The notes: generated from the letters alone by a model not told the origin. Positions 47,712 to 58,311 are shown, numbered from the stretch's first letter. The stretch is DNA of 64,000 bases from an uncultured Clostridia bacterium (GCA_944377365.1 CALWEQ010000003.1:70569-134568), one strand, 5' to 3'. Numbers and translations are program-made.

Positions 47712-49256
47712 TTAAAGATATTTTCGATCTAGCGAGCGATAAGCAATCGCCTCTGCAATATGCTCAGGCAAAATGTTTTCTTTGCCTTCTAAATCTGCAA
47801 TCGTTCTGGCAACTCTCAAAATTCTGTCATGAGCCCTTGCGGTAAGTTTTAATTTAGAAAATGCGCTTTGCAACAAGTTTTCGCACTCCTTGTCCAAAAC
47901 ACAAAATTTTTTAGTTGCAGGCACGCTCATCTTTGCATTCGAAAAGTTTTTTAAACCATTAAATCTATTTAGTTGTATTTTCCTTGCTTTGTCAACTCTT
48001 TGTTTAATTCCTGCTGAACTTTCTTCAAGAGCTTCACCCCTTAGGTCATCAAAAGTAACACTGTCTACTTCAACATGTATGTCAATTCTATCTAAAATTG
48101 GCCCTGAAATCTTAGAAAGATATTTATGTATCATTGATGGCGAACACTTGCACTCATGCGTTTTTGAGCCATAATTACCACAAGGACAAGGGTTCATGCT
48201 TGCGATCAAAGTAAAATTTGCTGGATAGGTAACTGTGATTGCGTTTCTTGCAACTGTTATTTTTCCGTCTTCAAGAGGTTGCCTCAAAATTTCGAGGCAA
48301 TTTCGCGGATATTCCGGCATTTCATCAAGATATAACACGCCATTATGCGCAAGCGAAATCTCTCCGGGTCTTGCGTGCAAACCACCACCCGTCAAACTGA
48401 CAGCAGTTGCCGTGTGATGAGGCGTTCGAAAAGGTCGCATACAAACAATCCCTTTTTGATTGTCAAGTTCGCCAGCGACAGAATGAATTTTCGTAACTTC
48501 CAGTGCCTCATCAAAAGTCATGTCTGGCAATATGGATGGAAAACATTTCGCGAGCATACTCTTGCCACTTCCAGGAGGTCCTATCATCAAAACGTTATGC
48601 CCACCTGCTGCCGCTATTTCTAAGGCACGTTTTGCACGTTGTTGACCTTTGACATATTTAAAATCCAAAGTGTTTTTTGAGTCCTGTGTTTCACTTACAA
48701 ATTTTTGATGTTTAACTGGCTCTATTTCCATTTGTTTGCTAACAAATTTGACAACTTCTTCCAAAGTAGAAACAGGATAGCAAATCACGTTTGAAATAAA
48801 ACTTGCTTCATTTGAATTGGCTGATGGAATAATGAAATTTTTGTAACCTTGTTTTTGAGCTGAAATTAATATAGGCAAAAGCCCTTTAATAGGGCGAACT
48901 TCGCCAGTAAGAGAAAGCTCACCTAAAATGACAAACTCTCTTGCTGACTTTGCTGTGAAACCCTTTATGTCGCAATTTGGGTCAGCTGTCATAATGCCTA
49001 CTGCAATAGCGAGGTCATAAAATGGCCCCATCTTTTTTACATCTGCCGGTGCAAGATTGACAGTGATTTTTTTTATTGGATATGAATAACCTGAATTTTT
49101 TATTGCAGCACGGACGCGCTCTTTAGATTCTTTTATTGCGGTGTCACCAAGTCCAACAAGTTCAAAATGAGGAAGACCATTGGAAATGTCAACCTCTACA
49201 TCAACCTTGAAACCGTCTATGCCAAAAAGACCATAACTATGTATTTTTGAGAGCAT
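47712..49256 (-). CDS. comM: YifB/ComM-family Mg-chelatase-like ATPase
   Basis: A Lon-like N-domain, then GPPGSGKSMLAK, LDEMPE and the MNPCPCG block. Confidence 0.9.
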   Translation of the reverse strand: MLSKIHSYGLFGIDGFKVDVEVDISNGLPHFELVGLGDTAIKESKERVRAAIKNSGYSYPIKKITVNLAPADVKKMGPFYDLAIAVGIMTADPNCDIKGFTAKSAREFVILGELSLTGEVRPIKGLLPILISAQKQGYKNFIIPSANSNEASFISNVICYPVSTLEEVVKFVSKQMEIEPVKHQKFVSETQDSKNTLDFKYVKGQQRAKRALEIAAAGGHNVLMIGPPGSGKSMLAKCFPSILPDMTFDEALEVTKIHSVAGELDNQKGIVCMRPFRTPHHTATAVSLTGGGLHARPGEISLAHNGVLYLDEMPEYPRNCLEILRQPLEDGKITVARNAITVTYPANFTLIASMNPCPCGNYGSKTHECKCSPSMIHKYLSKISGPILDRIDIHVEVDSVTFDDLRGEALEESSAGIKQRVDKARKIQLNRFNGLKNFSNAKMSVPATKKFCVLDKECENLLQSAFSKLKLTARAHDRILRVARTIADLEGKENILPEHIAEAIAYRSLDRKYL

Positions 49257-49364
49257 CTTTTCTCCTTAACTTTTAAAGTATAACAAACAAAATTTGTTTT
49301 AGCAAACAAAAACGCAATCAATTAAAAATAAAAAAAACTCGCAAATATGTTTGCGAGCTCATGT

Positions 49365-49712
49365 TTAGTTTTCAGCTGATTTAATTTTAGCGGCTTTACC
49401 AGTAAGTTTACGAACATAGTAAAGTTTTGCTCTTTTAGGCTTACCTTTTCTTACCACTTCAACACCTGCGATAAGTGGTGAGTGAAGAGGAAAAGTTCTT
49501 TCAACTCCAACGCCGTTTGAAATTTTACGAACTGTGAATGTTTCTCTAATTCCGCCGTTGCGTCTAGCAATAACAACACCTTCATAAGCCTGAATTCTTT
49601 CTTTTTCGCCTTCCTTAATTCGAACAAGAACTTTGACAGTGTCACCAACACTAAATTCAGGAAGTTGTTCTTTCATGTTTTCTTTCTCAATTTGGTCTAT
49701 GATATTTGCCAT
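49365..49712 (-). CDS. rplS: 50S ribosomal protein L19
   Basis: [47 protein letters not shown]. Confidence 0.95.
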   Translation of the reverse strand: MANIIDQIEKENMKEQLPEFSVGDTVKVLVRIKEGEKERIQAYEGVVIARRNGGIRETFTVRKISNGVGVERTFPLHSPLIAGVEVVRKGKPKRAKLYYVRKLTGKAAKIKSAEN

Positions 49713-49923
49713 GTGACTTATCTCCTTTTTTCAGATTTTTGACAAAGTGTTCATTTGGCAATTATCCAAAGCGGACCACTCGAAGTCGTGTTATATGTTA
49801 ACATATTTTTTTAATAAAATCAAGCATTTTAAACAAAAAAAACGCAAAAGTTTGCGTTTTTTAATCATTCAAATCAATTTGCCTATCTAATATAAATGAT
49901 TTTTGCAAAAACAACATCACTTA

Positions 49924-50340
49924 TTACCTTTCAAAAGGATTCGAAGTGTCATGCTCTTTGTTTGGATCGTTTTCAGCCAAATCTTTTTCTTCTTCACTTA
50001 TTTGTTGATCTTTATCGCCAGAAATGCTACCATCTTCTGAGCCTAAGTCACCTGAAATAGTTCCGCTTTCCAAATCATTCGCTTCTTGATCATCTTTATA
50101 GGCTGGATTTTGCTCACTGCCCTCTTGCAAAGGCAATTCAACGACATCCTGCGCCTTTTTTTGAGAAACAAAATGATCAACAACAAAGTATGAAACAACA
50201 ACAGTAATTGAAACAAGAGCAACAACCACTGTCCCTTTTAAAATCTTCTTAACACCATTAAAAACTGGCTTTTTAGATTTGCCTTTTATGCCTGTGTCGT
50301 TTATTTCTTTCTCGCTAGATTTTACTTTTATCATGTTCAC
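49924..50340 (-). CDS. Membrane-anchored acidic hypothetical protein
   Basis: One TM helix (VVVALVSITVVVSYFVV) followed by an Asp/Glu/Ser-rich tail. Confidence 0.4.
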   Translation of the reverse strand: MNMIKVKSSEKEINDTGIKGKSKKPVFNGVKKILKGTVVVALVSITVVVSYFVVDHFVSQKKAQDVVELPLQEGSEQNPAYKDDQEANDLESGTISGDLGSEDGSISGDKDQQISEEEKDLAENDPNKEHDTSNPFER

Positions 50341-50677
50341 CTCATTAACACTAAAGGTAGTATATCACACAAAATTGTCATTGTCAATAGTCAAAATTTA
50401 TTAACAAATTTTATTTTATGCTCAAAAAATATTAAAAATCAATTTTTTAATTTTTAAAAAATTTTAACATTTAACGATATTCTGTTGTTTGAAGCATTCC
50501 AACAGCAAGAAAAATTCACTTTAAGTAAGTGATTTGTCATTTGAACGATCTAAAAAGTAATTTTAACAAATATAATTACTCTTAAAACTAGAAGTTATAA
50601 TATTGCTTTAAAATAATCAAAATTTTGTACTGTTTAGATTTTATCAAAAAACCACTTTATTTCAAGTGGCTTTGTTT

Positions 50678-52348
50678 TTAAAATATTTTAAATTCAACTG
50701 AATAGTTTTGTTTTTCATTTGAAACGTCTATTTTATGCCCAACAAAATTGCCTTGACCGTCAAACATATAATATGCTTCACCACCGTCAAATACTATCTT
50801 AAGTTTAAGGCAATTTTCTTCAACACTTTCGAATAGTTGAAGTTGTGAATTGATTGTTTTGTTTAATAAGTCTATTTCTAATGCTTTCAAAATAAACGTG
50901 TCTACTGCTTCATTAACAACATTATTGGTTTCACTGCCATTGTTTGTGATTGTGATGTTTGTCGTATTGTCTGGAGAAACTGTGTCTGTGTCAACTGTGC
51001 CACTTACGACGTAATATCCACCATTATAATATAATTCTGCATATGTTGTAAATATCTCAAAATTGTTGTCAGCATATTCGTTTGCAACAGTACCTTGTAG
51101 TTCATAATCGCCAGTTGCGTCGCTGTAATCAATTTTAATCGCTCCATTATATCCTGCAATAGCCGTTTCTGCCATATCTGCTTCCATCCATGTTGTCATA
51201 GCCTGTATTACTTGTGTGTTTTCAGGAATACCTCCTTCAAGAAAAAACACCTCTTCGTAATCTCCAGAAAAGTCCAATAATGATGAAGCTTGTGAAATAT
51301 TGTAATTTATTTGTAATATTTCTGAAACGCCTGTCGATTGTGTTTCACCCCGACGAACAAGCAAAACTAAATATTTGTTATTTTGGATTTCATATCCACC
51401 AAAGCCATACTCTACGTAGCTGTTTAAATCCCAAATTTTGTTATCAGGTACATTTGTGTTTACAGAATAACGCACCTGTTTAAGTGGAGTCCACTCCATA
51501 GGAGAAACGGTATGAAAATAATTTTCAGCAAAATCTACGTCGCCAATTTCTTCTGAAACATAATTTGTTCCTTCAACAGGCGTTTCGTTTACTAATGTTG
51601 GATTAAAATCAAGTAATTTATACTCCAAATTCAAAGCATCTAGTTCAGCTTTGTCTTGTTCGGTTAAATTTTCAAATTTAATCAATGATTTGTCAAACTT
51701 ATTATCATCTTCTCTAGGCCTTGTTTGATACCTTCCAATCTTTAATCTCGCACCGTCGACATAAAAAGTAAACTCACTGCTCTCATCATCCGAATCAGTT
51801 ATATTATCCGGAGTTGTGTCTACAGATGAATAAAAACTACTTATGTTTGATTGGACATTTTTTAATGTATATGAAGCAACATTTTTCCCTTCACTAGCCT
51901 TGTAAGTGTCTGATTCTGGAATTCTAACAGAAATATTTACGGTCTCACCAACTGCAAAACTGTCGTCACTCCACAAATATGACATTTTAAAGGCAGGATC
52001 GTCATAATGCACGATTTCATAAATCGCCTTATTATATTGATCGTAAAAATGAGGAATGTAATCGCCACGAGCCCACTCACTACCATTTATTGAAAATTCT
52101 AGTGAAGAAGACGTGATACCCTCGTCACTTGCCACTTCATAGCCTTCATGATAAAAATTTTCAACTTCCACTAACACAGAACCTTGATAATCTTGTAAAA
52201 TGTTTACAACCTCAACGTTGTTCGTCCTGTCCAACTTTTCAGGTTCTGATTTTCCTCCACAAGCAGTAACCAAAAATGCAGTTGGAATAATTACCAATGA
52301 TGCAAGCAAAAGTCCAGCCGTTTTCCTTTTAAAAAAGTTTCTTTTCAT
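50678..52348 (-). CDS. Large putative lipoprotein, unknown function
   Basis: Signal peptide plus lipobox (LVIIPTAFLVTACGG). 556 aa with no recognisable domain. Confidence 0.5.
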   Translation of the reverse strand: MKRNFFKRKTAGLLLASLVIIPTAFLVTACGGKSEPEKLDRTNNVEVVNILQDYQGSVLVEVENFYHEGYEVASDEGITSSSLEFSINGSEWARGDYIPHFYDQYNKAIYEIVHYDDPAFKMSYLWSDDSFAVGETVNISVRIPESDTYKASEGKNVASYTLKNVQSNISSFYSSVDTTPDNITDSDDESSEFTFYVDGARLKIGRYQTRPREDDNKFDKSLIKFENLTEQDKAELDALNLEYKLLDFNPTLVNETPVEGTNYVSEEIGDVDFAENYFHTVSPMEWTPLKQVRYSVNTNVPDNKIWDLNSYVEYGFGGYEIQNNKYLVLLVRRGETQSTGVSEILQINYNISQASSLLDFSGDYEEVFFLEGGIPENTQVIQAMTTWMEADMAETAIAGYNGAIKIDYSDATGDYELQGTVANEYADNNFEIFTTYAELYYNGGYYVVSGTVDTDTVSPDNTTNITITNNGSETNNVVNEAVDTFILKALEIDLLNKTINSQLQLFESVEENCLKLKIVFDGGEAYYMFDGQGNFVGHKIDVSNEKQNYSVEFKIF

Positions 52349-52414
52349 TTTTTTTTTTTTATTTTTATTTTATGAAATGTTTCAAAAATTATGGCAATTT
52401 ATAAAATTATTTTT

Positions 52415-52915
52415 TTAAATTCTAAAAATTCCCAATTTGCTTCGTTTGTCGCAAATGTTGTCCATGGCGATAACCAAGGCGATTAAGAACGGTATGTCTT
52501 CTTCATTTGCTTCCAACATAAAGGCATCTTTTACTATTGTAAACTTCCTATCGATTGTCCCCATCACCTCACCGTTTCTTAATATCTTCGAATGAAATGA
52601 GAAGAATTTCCCATCGATCTTAATTTCATCTTTATAACCTTCAACAAAAAATTCATTTTTGACTGTAAAATATTTGTCTTTGACTGTGGCAATTTTTGTT
52701 TTGTTTGCGTCATAGATATATGCCTTGTGAACAAACCAATTAAACCATTTGTTTCTTATTTTAAAAAGCCTGTTGCCCTGCATATCGCAAACGTATTTTA
52801 CCCTTGTTATACTAAAAATGCGACCCTTAACCTTAAAGACAGGTTCTTTGTTTTCGTTTACAACCGAAGATCCTCCACCTAATGACCAAAATTTATTTTT
52901 TATAAAAACTTTCAT
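52415..52915 (-). CDS. LURP-one-related / YxjI-like (tubby C-terminal-like, DUF567) protein
   Basis: 166 aa with the pattern KFWSLGG...V.NENKEPVFKVKGRIFS....Y.CDMQGN.LFKI..K. typical of the family. Confidence 0.55.
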   Translation of the reverse strand: MKVFIKNKFWSLGGGSSVVNENKEPVFKVKGRIFSITRVKYVCDMQGNRLFKIRNKWFNWFVHKAYIYDANKTKIATVKDKYFTVKNEFFVEGYKDEIKIDGKFFSFHSKILRNGEVMGTIDRKFTIVKDAFMLEANEEDIPFLIALVIAMDNICDKRSKLGIFRI

Positions 52916-52924
52916 ATTATCCTC

Positions 52925-53431
52925 CTATATAGTCTTTGAAATGAAGTAACCTGCTACTACTGCAAGTGCTATCCAAACCACAACTTTTACTACAAGCAAT
53001 GTAATCCATCGTTTTTTTGCGACCTTATCGACCTCGTAAGAATTTTTTATTTCTTCTACATCATTTTTAGTTTCCAACTCGACGGCTTTACCTGATGATG
53101 AAAACGTGTTAAATCTGACTTTAATTTCTTCATCACCATTTAGTTTTATTTTAAACAGACAATCTGTTGAAATGCAACGTCTGTCATAGAAAGGCTCAAA
53201 AATTCCAAACACGCTAATGATAAAAGATAAAAGTGCATAGAGCCACCACAATTTGCCTTTTAGTTCTAGTTGCCTTGAAAAAGCGAGTTCGATTTCGTCG
53301 TTTTCAGTTTGCACTTGTGCTTCATAAGAGCCAAATTGATTTTTCTTGCATTTCACATTCTTTCCATCTACAAAGATATTTGGAATAAGTTTAGGATTTA
53401 CGCCTGTAAATTTTAATTTTACCGTATTCAT
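52925..53431 (-). CDS. Hypothetical membrane protein
   Basis: 168 aa with TM segments at WWLYALLSFIISVFGIF and at the C-terminus. A 4-nt overlap couples it to the upstream gene. Confidence 0.4.
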   Translation of the reverse strand: MNTVKLKFTGVNPKLIPNIFVDGKNVKCKKNQFGSYEAQVQTENDEIELAFSRQLELKGKLWWLYALLSFIISVFGIFEPFYDRRCISTDCLFKIKLNGDEEIKVRFNTFSSSGKAVELETKNDVEEIKNSYEVDKVAKKRWITLLVVKVVVWIALAVVAGYFISKTI

Positions 53432-53892
53432 TTCCCCACCCCTACAAGTGCAACTATGATAAATATCAGTAAAATAGCGATGATAACACCAGAGATAACC
53501 AATCTCGCGGTATGCTTTGACTGCCTATCAGTGATGAGTAAAACAAACGAAAGAATAGAAAACACAATAGTTATCCCAGCGAAAATATAAAAATTTTGCA
53601 TAAAGAATGATGCAATTTTTGAAGAAGTGTCAGCAACCGAAAGCCAAATATCTGAAAAGTTTGGAACGAGGACAAATATAGTCCCCAAACTCATAACGAT
53701 CAACAAAAATCCAAAAATAAAAGTAAATGCCAACGCCACGAAAGACATTACACCTGCCGAACTTAAAATTAGCCCCAATATTGATATGTTTGAAAAGATT
53801 TTCCCAAGTCGAACTAAAAAATTTTTAAACTCTGTTTTTGCATTCAATTCATTATATGATTGTGGCATTTGTCCTCCCATATAATCTATCAT
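53428..53892 (-). CDS. Hypothetical polytopic membrane protein
   Basis: 154 aa with about 4 TM helices. First gene of a three-gene operon. Confidence 0.4.
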   Translation of the reverse strand: MIDYMGGQMPQSYNELNAKTEFKNFLVRLGKIFSNISILGLILSSAGVMSFVALAFTFIFGFLLIVMSLGTIFVLVPNFSDIWLSVADTSSKIASFFMQNFYIFAGITIVFSILSFVLLITDRQSKHTARLVISGVIIAILLIFIIVALVGVGK

Positions 53893-54095
53893 CAGTATAT
53901 TAACATTTTATTTCTACAAAAGTCAAACGTTTAAAGGCATTTAAAAAATTTGATTCAAAAATTAAATTTTGAAATTTTTATCGCCTACATGAAGCAATTT
54001 TTAGCTTGTTAGCTAGCTGTTAATTATAATTTTTATATTTCTTTCAAATTTTACAAAATTTTTTGTTGATTTTAATTCAAAATCACAACATTTGA

Positions 54096-55574
54096 TTAAT
54101 TCATTTCAATAAAAACTACCTCGCCGAAAAGCCAACTGTTGAAAAAGCCCTCCATTTGCCTTCCACATTTTTCTTCAAATGTAGCAATAAAATCTGCCGT
54201 TGTTGCATTTTTGAATTTAAATTTTGAGTAATAACCTGACAAGGCATTTAAAAATTTCTTTTCTCCAATTTGGCTTTTTAATGTGTCAAACATGATAATC
54301 CCTCGAACGTATATATTGTTTACATATTCTGGTTCTGTTTCAAACTCGTCGAGCGATCTGTCCATAGAGGTGTCGACCTCGCCTTTAATTGTTTTGTATG
54401 TTTTTATAAACAAATTGTAATTTGATCTTGCACCATTTACCATTTGACTATATGAAATACCATAATCTTGATTTTTTTCAAAAAATAAGGCAGTTGAATA
54501 TTCTGTCAAACTTTCATCGAGCCACGACTCGTTGTATTCATCATTTCCGACCACGCCATACCACCATTGATGCGCTGTTTCATGAACAATAACATAATCA
54601 TTATCGTCGCCTTTTAATAAGTCAGAAATCATGACAAGTTGAGGATATTCCATTCCACCATAAACAAAATTGGTTTGCACTACAGCGTAAGAAGAATATG
54701 GATAATCTCCAAACATCTCACTAAAAGTGGTTATCGCATTTTTTGCCGTGTTTAGTGAGCCTTCTGGGTCTTGATCTTCATAATAGTAATACGAAACTGT
54801 TGTATCTTGCACCTTCTCGCTTTTTATTAAAAACTTGTCAGAAAGAACAAATGCATAATCACGCACATTATAACATGAAATCTTCGTTGTTTTTGTTTCA
54901 ACATTTTCTTCCGTCACTACATCGTCCCCACTGCAAGCAATTATTAAATTTTTATCATAAGTTATCGATATTTGATAATCAGAGCAATCCGAAAAAAATG
55001 GGTCACCGTTTGGAGAATATGAGTCAGTTGCAAAGCCTTGCCCTTCACGATACACACAGGCTATTGGATAAAAATTTGCAAAGTTTACTGCATTGTCGCC
55101 ATAGCCATATCTATGATTCGCATTTGGTAAAACTAAATCAAATTCGAAATAAATTTGCACTCGTTCATCTGGGAAAAGTTTTTCTGGCAAACTCACAACA
55201 AGCTGAGAATCAAAATCGCCTTGAAAATCATAACCAGCTTTTTCGCCAGCAATCTCAACTGATTTTATTTCAATTCCACCAAAACTTTTACCATTTGGAT
55301 AAACTTTCGGTTCGTTAACTGATGAGCAAACGCTTCCTTCTGCTTCCTCCGTAAAAGCATTAGGATAAAGATGAAAAACAATGTTTTCAAAAGCCGTTTC
55401 GCTTGTGTTGACATAATCAAGAGTCATGTTTGCTTTTGCAGTATGATTCAACTGGTCATATGCAAGATCAATCATATACAAGTTTTTTTGCAACTGCTGA
55501 TCATTTTGACAACCAGCAAAGAAAATAATTGGCGCAAAAAAAATTAAACTTAAAAAAAATGAAATCTTTTTCAT
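54096..55574 (-). CDS. M1-family zinc metallopeptidase (aminopeptidase N-like), lipoprotein
   Basis: HETAHQWWYG plus the downstream WLDESLTEY (HEXXH-E18). Lipobox FFAGCQ at the N-terminus. Confidence 0.8.
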   Translation of the reverse strand: MKKISFFLSLIFFAPIIFFAGCQNDQQLQKNLYMIDLAYDQLNHTAKANMTLDYVNTSETAFENIVFHLYPNAFTEEAEGSVCSSVNEPKVYPNGKSFGGIEIKSVEIAGEKAGYDFQGDFDSQLVVSLPEKLFPDERVQIYFEFDLVLPNANHRYGYGDNAVNFANFYPIACVYREGQGFATDSYSPNGDPFFSDCSDYQISITYDKNLIIACSGDDVVTEENVETKTTKISCYNVRDYAFVLSDKFLIKSEKVQDTTVSYYYYEDQDPEGSLNTAKNAITTFSEMFGDYPYSSYAVVQTNFVYGGMEYPQLVMISDLLKGDDNDYVIVHETAHQWWYGVVGNDEYNESWLDESLTEYSTALFFEKNQDYGISYSQMVNGARSNYNLFIKTYKTIKGEVDTSMDRSLDEFETEPEYVNNIYVRGIIMFDTLKSQIGEKKFLNALSGYYSKFKFKNATTADFIATFEEKCGRQMEGFFNSWLFGEVVFIEMN

Positions 55575-55659
55575 ACAAGTAGTATATTTGCTCGATAACT
55601 AGAAAATTCTTTGACAAAATTATTTTTTATGTTAAACTATTCTTCGTGGAGATAAACGT

Positions 55660-57489
55660 ATGGCTTTTTGTAAATTTTCAACTGAAATGGTAGCAAACAA
55701 TAAAACTGAAATAGACAACATTTTTATAGACTCATTTATGCCATCTGCACCAGAAGAATGCACCAAATGCTATCTTTATGGCTTGTTTTTGGCATCAAGC
55801 GGTTTAAAAATTGACAACACACTGGAAAATTTTGCTAAAAAATTGAATATGAGCGAGCAAGATGTAGAATCAGCATTTAGGTATTGGGAAGAACAAGGCT
55901 TGGTTCAAGTTTTGTCAACACATCCTATTGAAATACTTTTTAATCCATTAAAAAATATATTTGCAGGAACAAAATTGTTTAAACCGGAAAAATATGAAGT
56001 TTTCAATCGTCAAGCACAAGCACTGTTCGAAGGAAAAAGAGAGATCACGAAAACCGAATATGGCGAATATTATGAATTTTTGGAACGCTCTCATATGGAA
56101 CAAGAAGCACTTATAATGATCATGAAATATTGCATTGACTCAAAGCAACGTGCTGTTGGATACAATTATATTCTCACCGTCGCTCGCAACTGGGCAAGCG
56201 AAGGTGTTTTAACGGTGCCTCAAGTTGAAGAAAGATTGTGCGAAATGGAAGAAAACAATTCAAATCTTGCTTTGATCTTGAATGCACTCGGCATAAAACG
56301 AAGCTCCTACATTGAAGAGAGGACTTTATATTACAAGTGGACAAAAGAATTTGGGTTTGAAGATGACGCCATTATTTTTGTTGCAAAATCCATGAAAAGA
56401 AAAGGTGGATTTGAAAAATTGGATTCACTTTTAGAAGGCTTTTACAATGTGCGAAAATTTTCAGTGAGTGAAATAAAAGAGCATATGCTTGCACAAGATT
56501 CAATGAAAGAACTTGCAAAACAAGTCAACAGAAGCCTCGGTCTTTTTTATGAATCACTAGACAGCGAGATTGAAGCTTATATCTCCCCTTGGCTTGGCTT
56601 TGGTTTTGAAGTTGATGCCATATTAAAAGTCGCAGAATATGCTTTTAAATCTTCTATAAGAAGTTTGGAAGGCATGGACAGTTTAATGAAAAAGCTTTAC
56701 AAATTAGGCATACTCACAAGTGAAAGCTTGCTAGAATATCTCGGCGAACTCGTAAAAAGCGACTCAAAAATAAAATCCATTTTAGAAAATCTTGGCATCA
56801 GCAGAAGAGTCAACTCCTTTGACAGAGAGATGTTTAAAACTTGGTCGCAAGTTTGGAACATGAGCGATGAACTAATCAAGTACAGCTCCACCCTTTCCAT
56901 TGGAAAAGTTAACCCACTGCAATATATGAACAGACTTTTAGCGTTATGGCATGAAAAAGGTGTAAAAACAGTTGAAGAGAGCAAAACCGTGTTGCCAAAG
57001 GCAGAGCCTATGCAAAACGGAAAATCATATTCACAAGCAGATCTTACCGTAACAAACAAACAAAAAGAAGTCATGAAACTTTTGCAACAACGCAAATATT
57101 CGGCAGAGTTAAAAGCAAAATCAGCTTTGGTTTCTGCCTTAAAAGATGAAGAATTTAAAAACATTTACAATAAATATAACGAAGAAAAAATCGCTTTGGC
57201 AAAAGACGAAGCTTTTGGAAAAGAGCATGACAAAACTCTTCTTAAGGATTTGAAAAACAAACTTTCAGTGCGTTTAAAAGACCTTAAACTTCCTTCAATC
57301 GACCCAGTTTACACTTGCAAAAAATGTAAAGACGAAGGCGTCGTAAACGGGCAATATTGTGACTGCTTTAAAAAGGAGTTGAAACAACTGCTTGGCGAAG
57401 ACAAGGTAAATCAACTAAAACCTATCACATCTGAAAATGATGAAAACATTCAAAAATTAGTGATGAAAATCGAAGAAGTAGAAGTGTAA
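55660..57489 (+). CDS. DnaD-domain replication initiation/membrane attachment-like protein with C-terminal Cys cluster
   Basis: Repeated DnaD/DnaB_2-type segments (FRYWEEQGLV; RLLALWHEKGVKTVEE) and a C-terminal YTCKKCKDEGVVNGQYCDCF. 609 aa. Confidence 0.6.
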   Translation: MAFCKFSTEMVANNKTEIDNIFIDSFMPSAPEECTKCYLYGLFLASSGLKIDNTLENFAKKLNMSEQDVESAFRYWEEQGLVQVLSTHPIEILFNPLKNIFAGTKLFKPEKYEVFNRQAQALFEGKREITKTEYGEYYEFLERSHMEQEALIMIMKYCIDSKQRAVGYNYILTVARNWASEGVLTVPQVEERLCEMEENNSNLALILNALGIKRSSYIEERTLYYKWTKEFGFEDDAIIFVAKSMKRKGGFEKLDSLLEGFYNVRKFSVSEIKEHMLAQDSMKELAKQVNRSLGLFYESLDSEIEAYISPWLGFGFEVDAILKVAEYAFKSSIRSLEGMDSLMKKLYKLGILTSESLLEYLGELVKSDSKIKSILENLGISRRVNSFDREMFKTWSQVWNMSDELIKYSSTLSIGKVNPLQYMNRLLALWHEKGVKTVEESKTVLPKAEPMQNGKSYSQADLTVTNKQKEVMKLLQQRKYSAELKAKSALVSALKDEEFKNIYNKYNEEKIALAKDEAFGKEHDKTLLKDLKNKLSVRLKDLKLPSIDPVYTCKKCKDEGVVNGQYCDCFKKELKQLLGEDKVNQLKPITSENDENIQKLVMKIEEVEV

Positions 57490-57518
57490 AAAAAGCTCTC
57501 AGTTTAGAGAGCTTTTTT
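57488..57518. terminator. Bidirectional terminator
   Basis: aaagctctc (57492-500) pairs with gagagcttt (57507-15), flanked by A and T runs, between convergent genes. Confidence 0.65.
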
Positions 57519-58125
57519 AGCGACTTAAAAATTTAATAAATGTTTTTAGATTTCTTGATTGCTCCTCGCGAGTGCTTTCATCTCCATGCCCACTTTGCAA
57601 AAAATTGAAATTGATGGCTGAAACACGTTTTAAGCTTTCAAGCATCTGCAATTTGCTCCCGCCATAAAGGTCTGTCCTGCCAATCCCCTTTTTAAAGACA
57701 AGATCACCAGCAAAAAGGACATCTTTTATTAAATAACAAACACCACACTTAGAATGCCCTGGAGTTAGGAACGCTTTTACGTTAATACTGCCGAAATTAA
57801 AATCTTGATCTTTTGAAAAAAAACAGAAATCTTTAAAATCGTCAATTTTTAATGGGCCATAATTTTTAGCGCTGTCTTTAAAATATTCCTGACTGGCGCT
57901 AGAAGCATAAATCTTACAACCAAATTCACTTGCATATTGAACTGCATACATCGCGTGATCATAATGCGCATGAGTAAGTAAAACTCCTAACACATGTTTA
58001 CCTCGAATAAAACTTTTAATTTGATCTATCGAGCAACCTGCGTCAACAATGAGCGCATCAGCACCATTCGACACAACAAAGGTGTTGCTGTCCAACAATT
58101 TTGAAACAACTTTTTCTACTAACAT
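57517..58125 (-). CDS. MBL-fold metallo-hydrolase
   Basis: LLTHAHYDH motif, a later TPGHS and a final GHG. 202 aa. Confidence 0.8.
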   Translation of the reverse strand: MLVEKVVSKLLDSNTFVVSNGADALIVDAGCSIDQIKSFIRGKHVLGVLLTHAHYDHAMYAVQYASEFGCKIYASSASQEYFKDSAKNYGPLKIDDFKDFCFFSKDQDFNFGSINVKAFLTPGHSKCGVCYLIKDVLFAGDLVFKKGIGRTDLYGGSKLQMLESLKRVSAINFNFLQSGHGDESTREEQSRNLKTFIKFLSR

Positions 58126-58194
58126 GAAAAGATTATAATCCTTTTTTTTAATTAAAACAAATGTTTATTAAAAAATATTTTTTTAAAATAATGT

Positions 58195-58223
58195 TTGACA
58201 ATATTATAAAAAATGTGTAAAAT
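58195..58223 (+). promoter_or_regulatory. Sigma-A type promoter of tRNA-Trp
   Basis: TTGACA (58195-200), a 17-nt spacer and TAAAAT (58218-23). Confidence 0.6.
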
Positions 58224-58237
58224 GATTAAGCGAATAT

Positions 58238-58311
58238 AGGGGTGTAGTTTAGTGGTAAAACTATGGTCTCCAAAACCATTGTCGAGGGTTCAATTCCTTC
58301 CACCCCTGCCA
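58238..58311 (+). tRNA. trnW: tRNA-Trp (anticodon CCA), CCA end encoded
   Basis: Acceptor stem AGGGGTG/CACCCCT, D arm TAGTTTAGTGGTAAAACTA, anticodon loop CTCCAAA and T arm GAGGGTTCAATTCCTTC, ending GCCA. Confidence 0.93.

Noticed and set aside
49713-49800. Possible ribosomal-protein L19 leader structure upstream of rplS.
   Set aside because: The ~90-nt 5' region contains short complementary stretches, but I cannot match it to the known L19 leader motif by eye. It needs a covariance-model scan.
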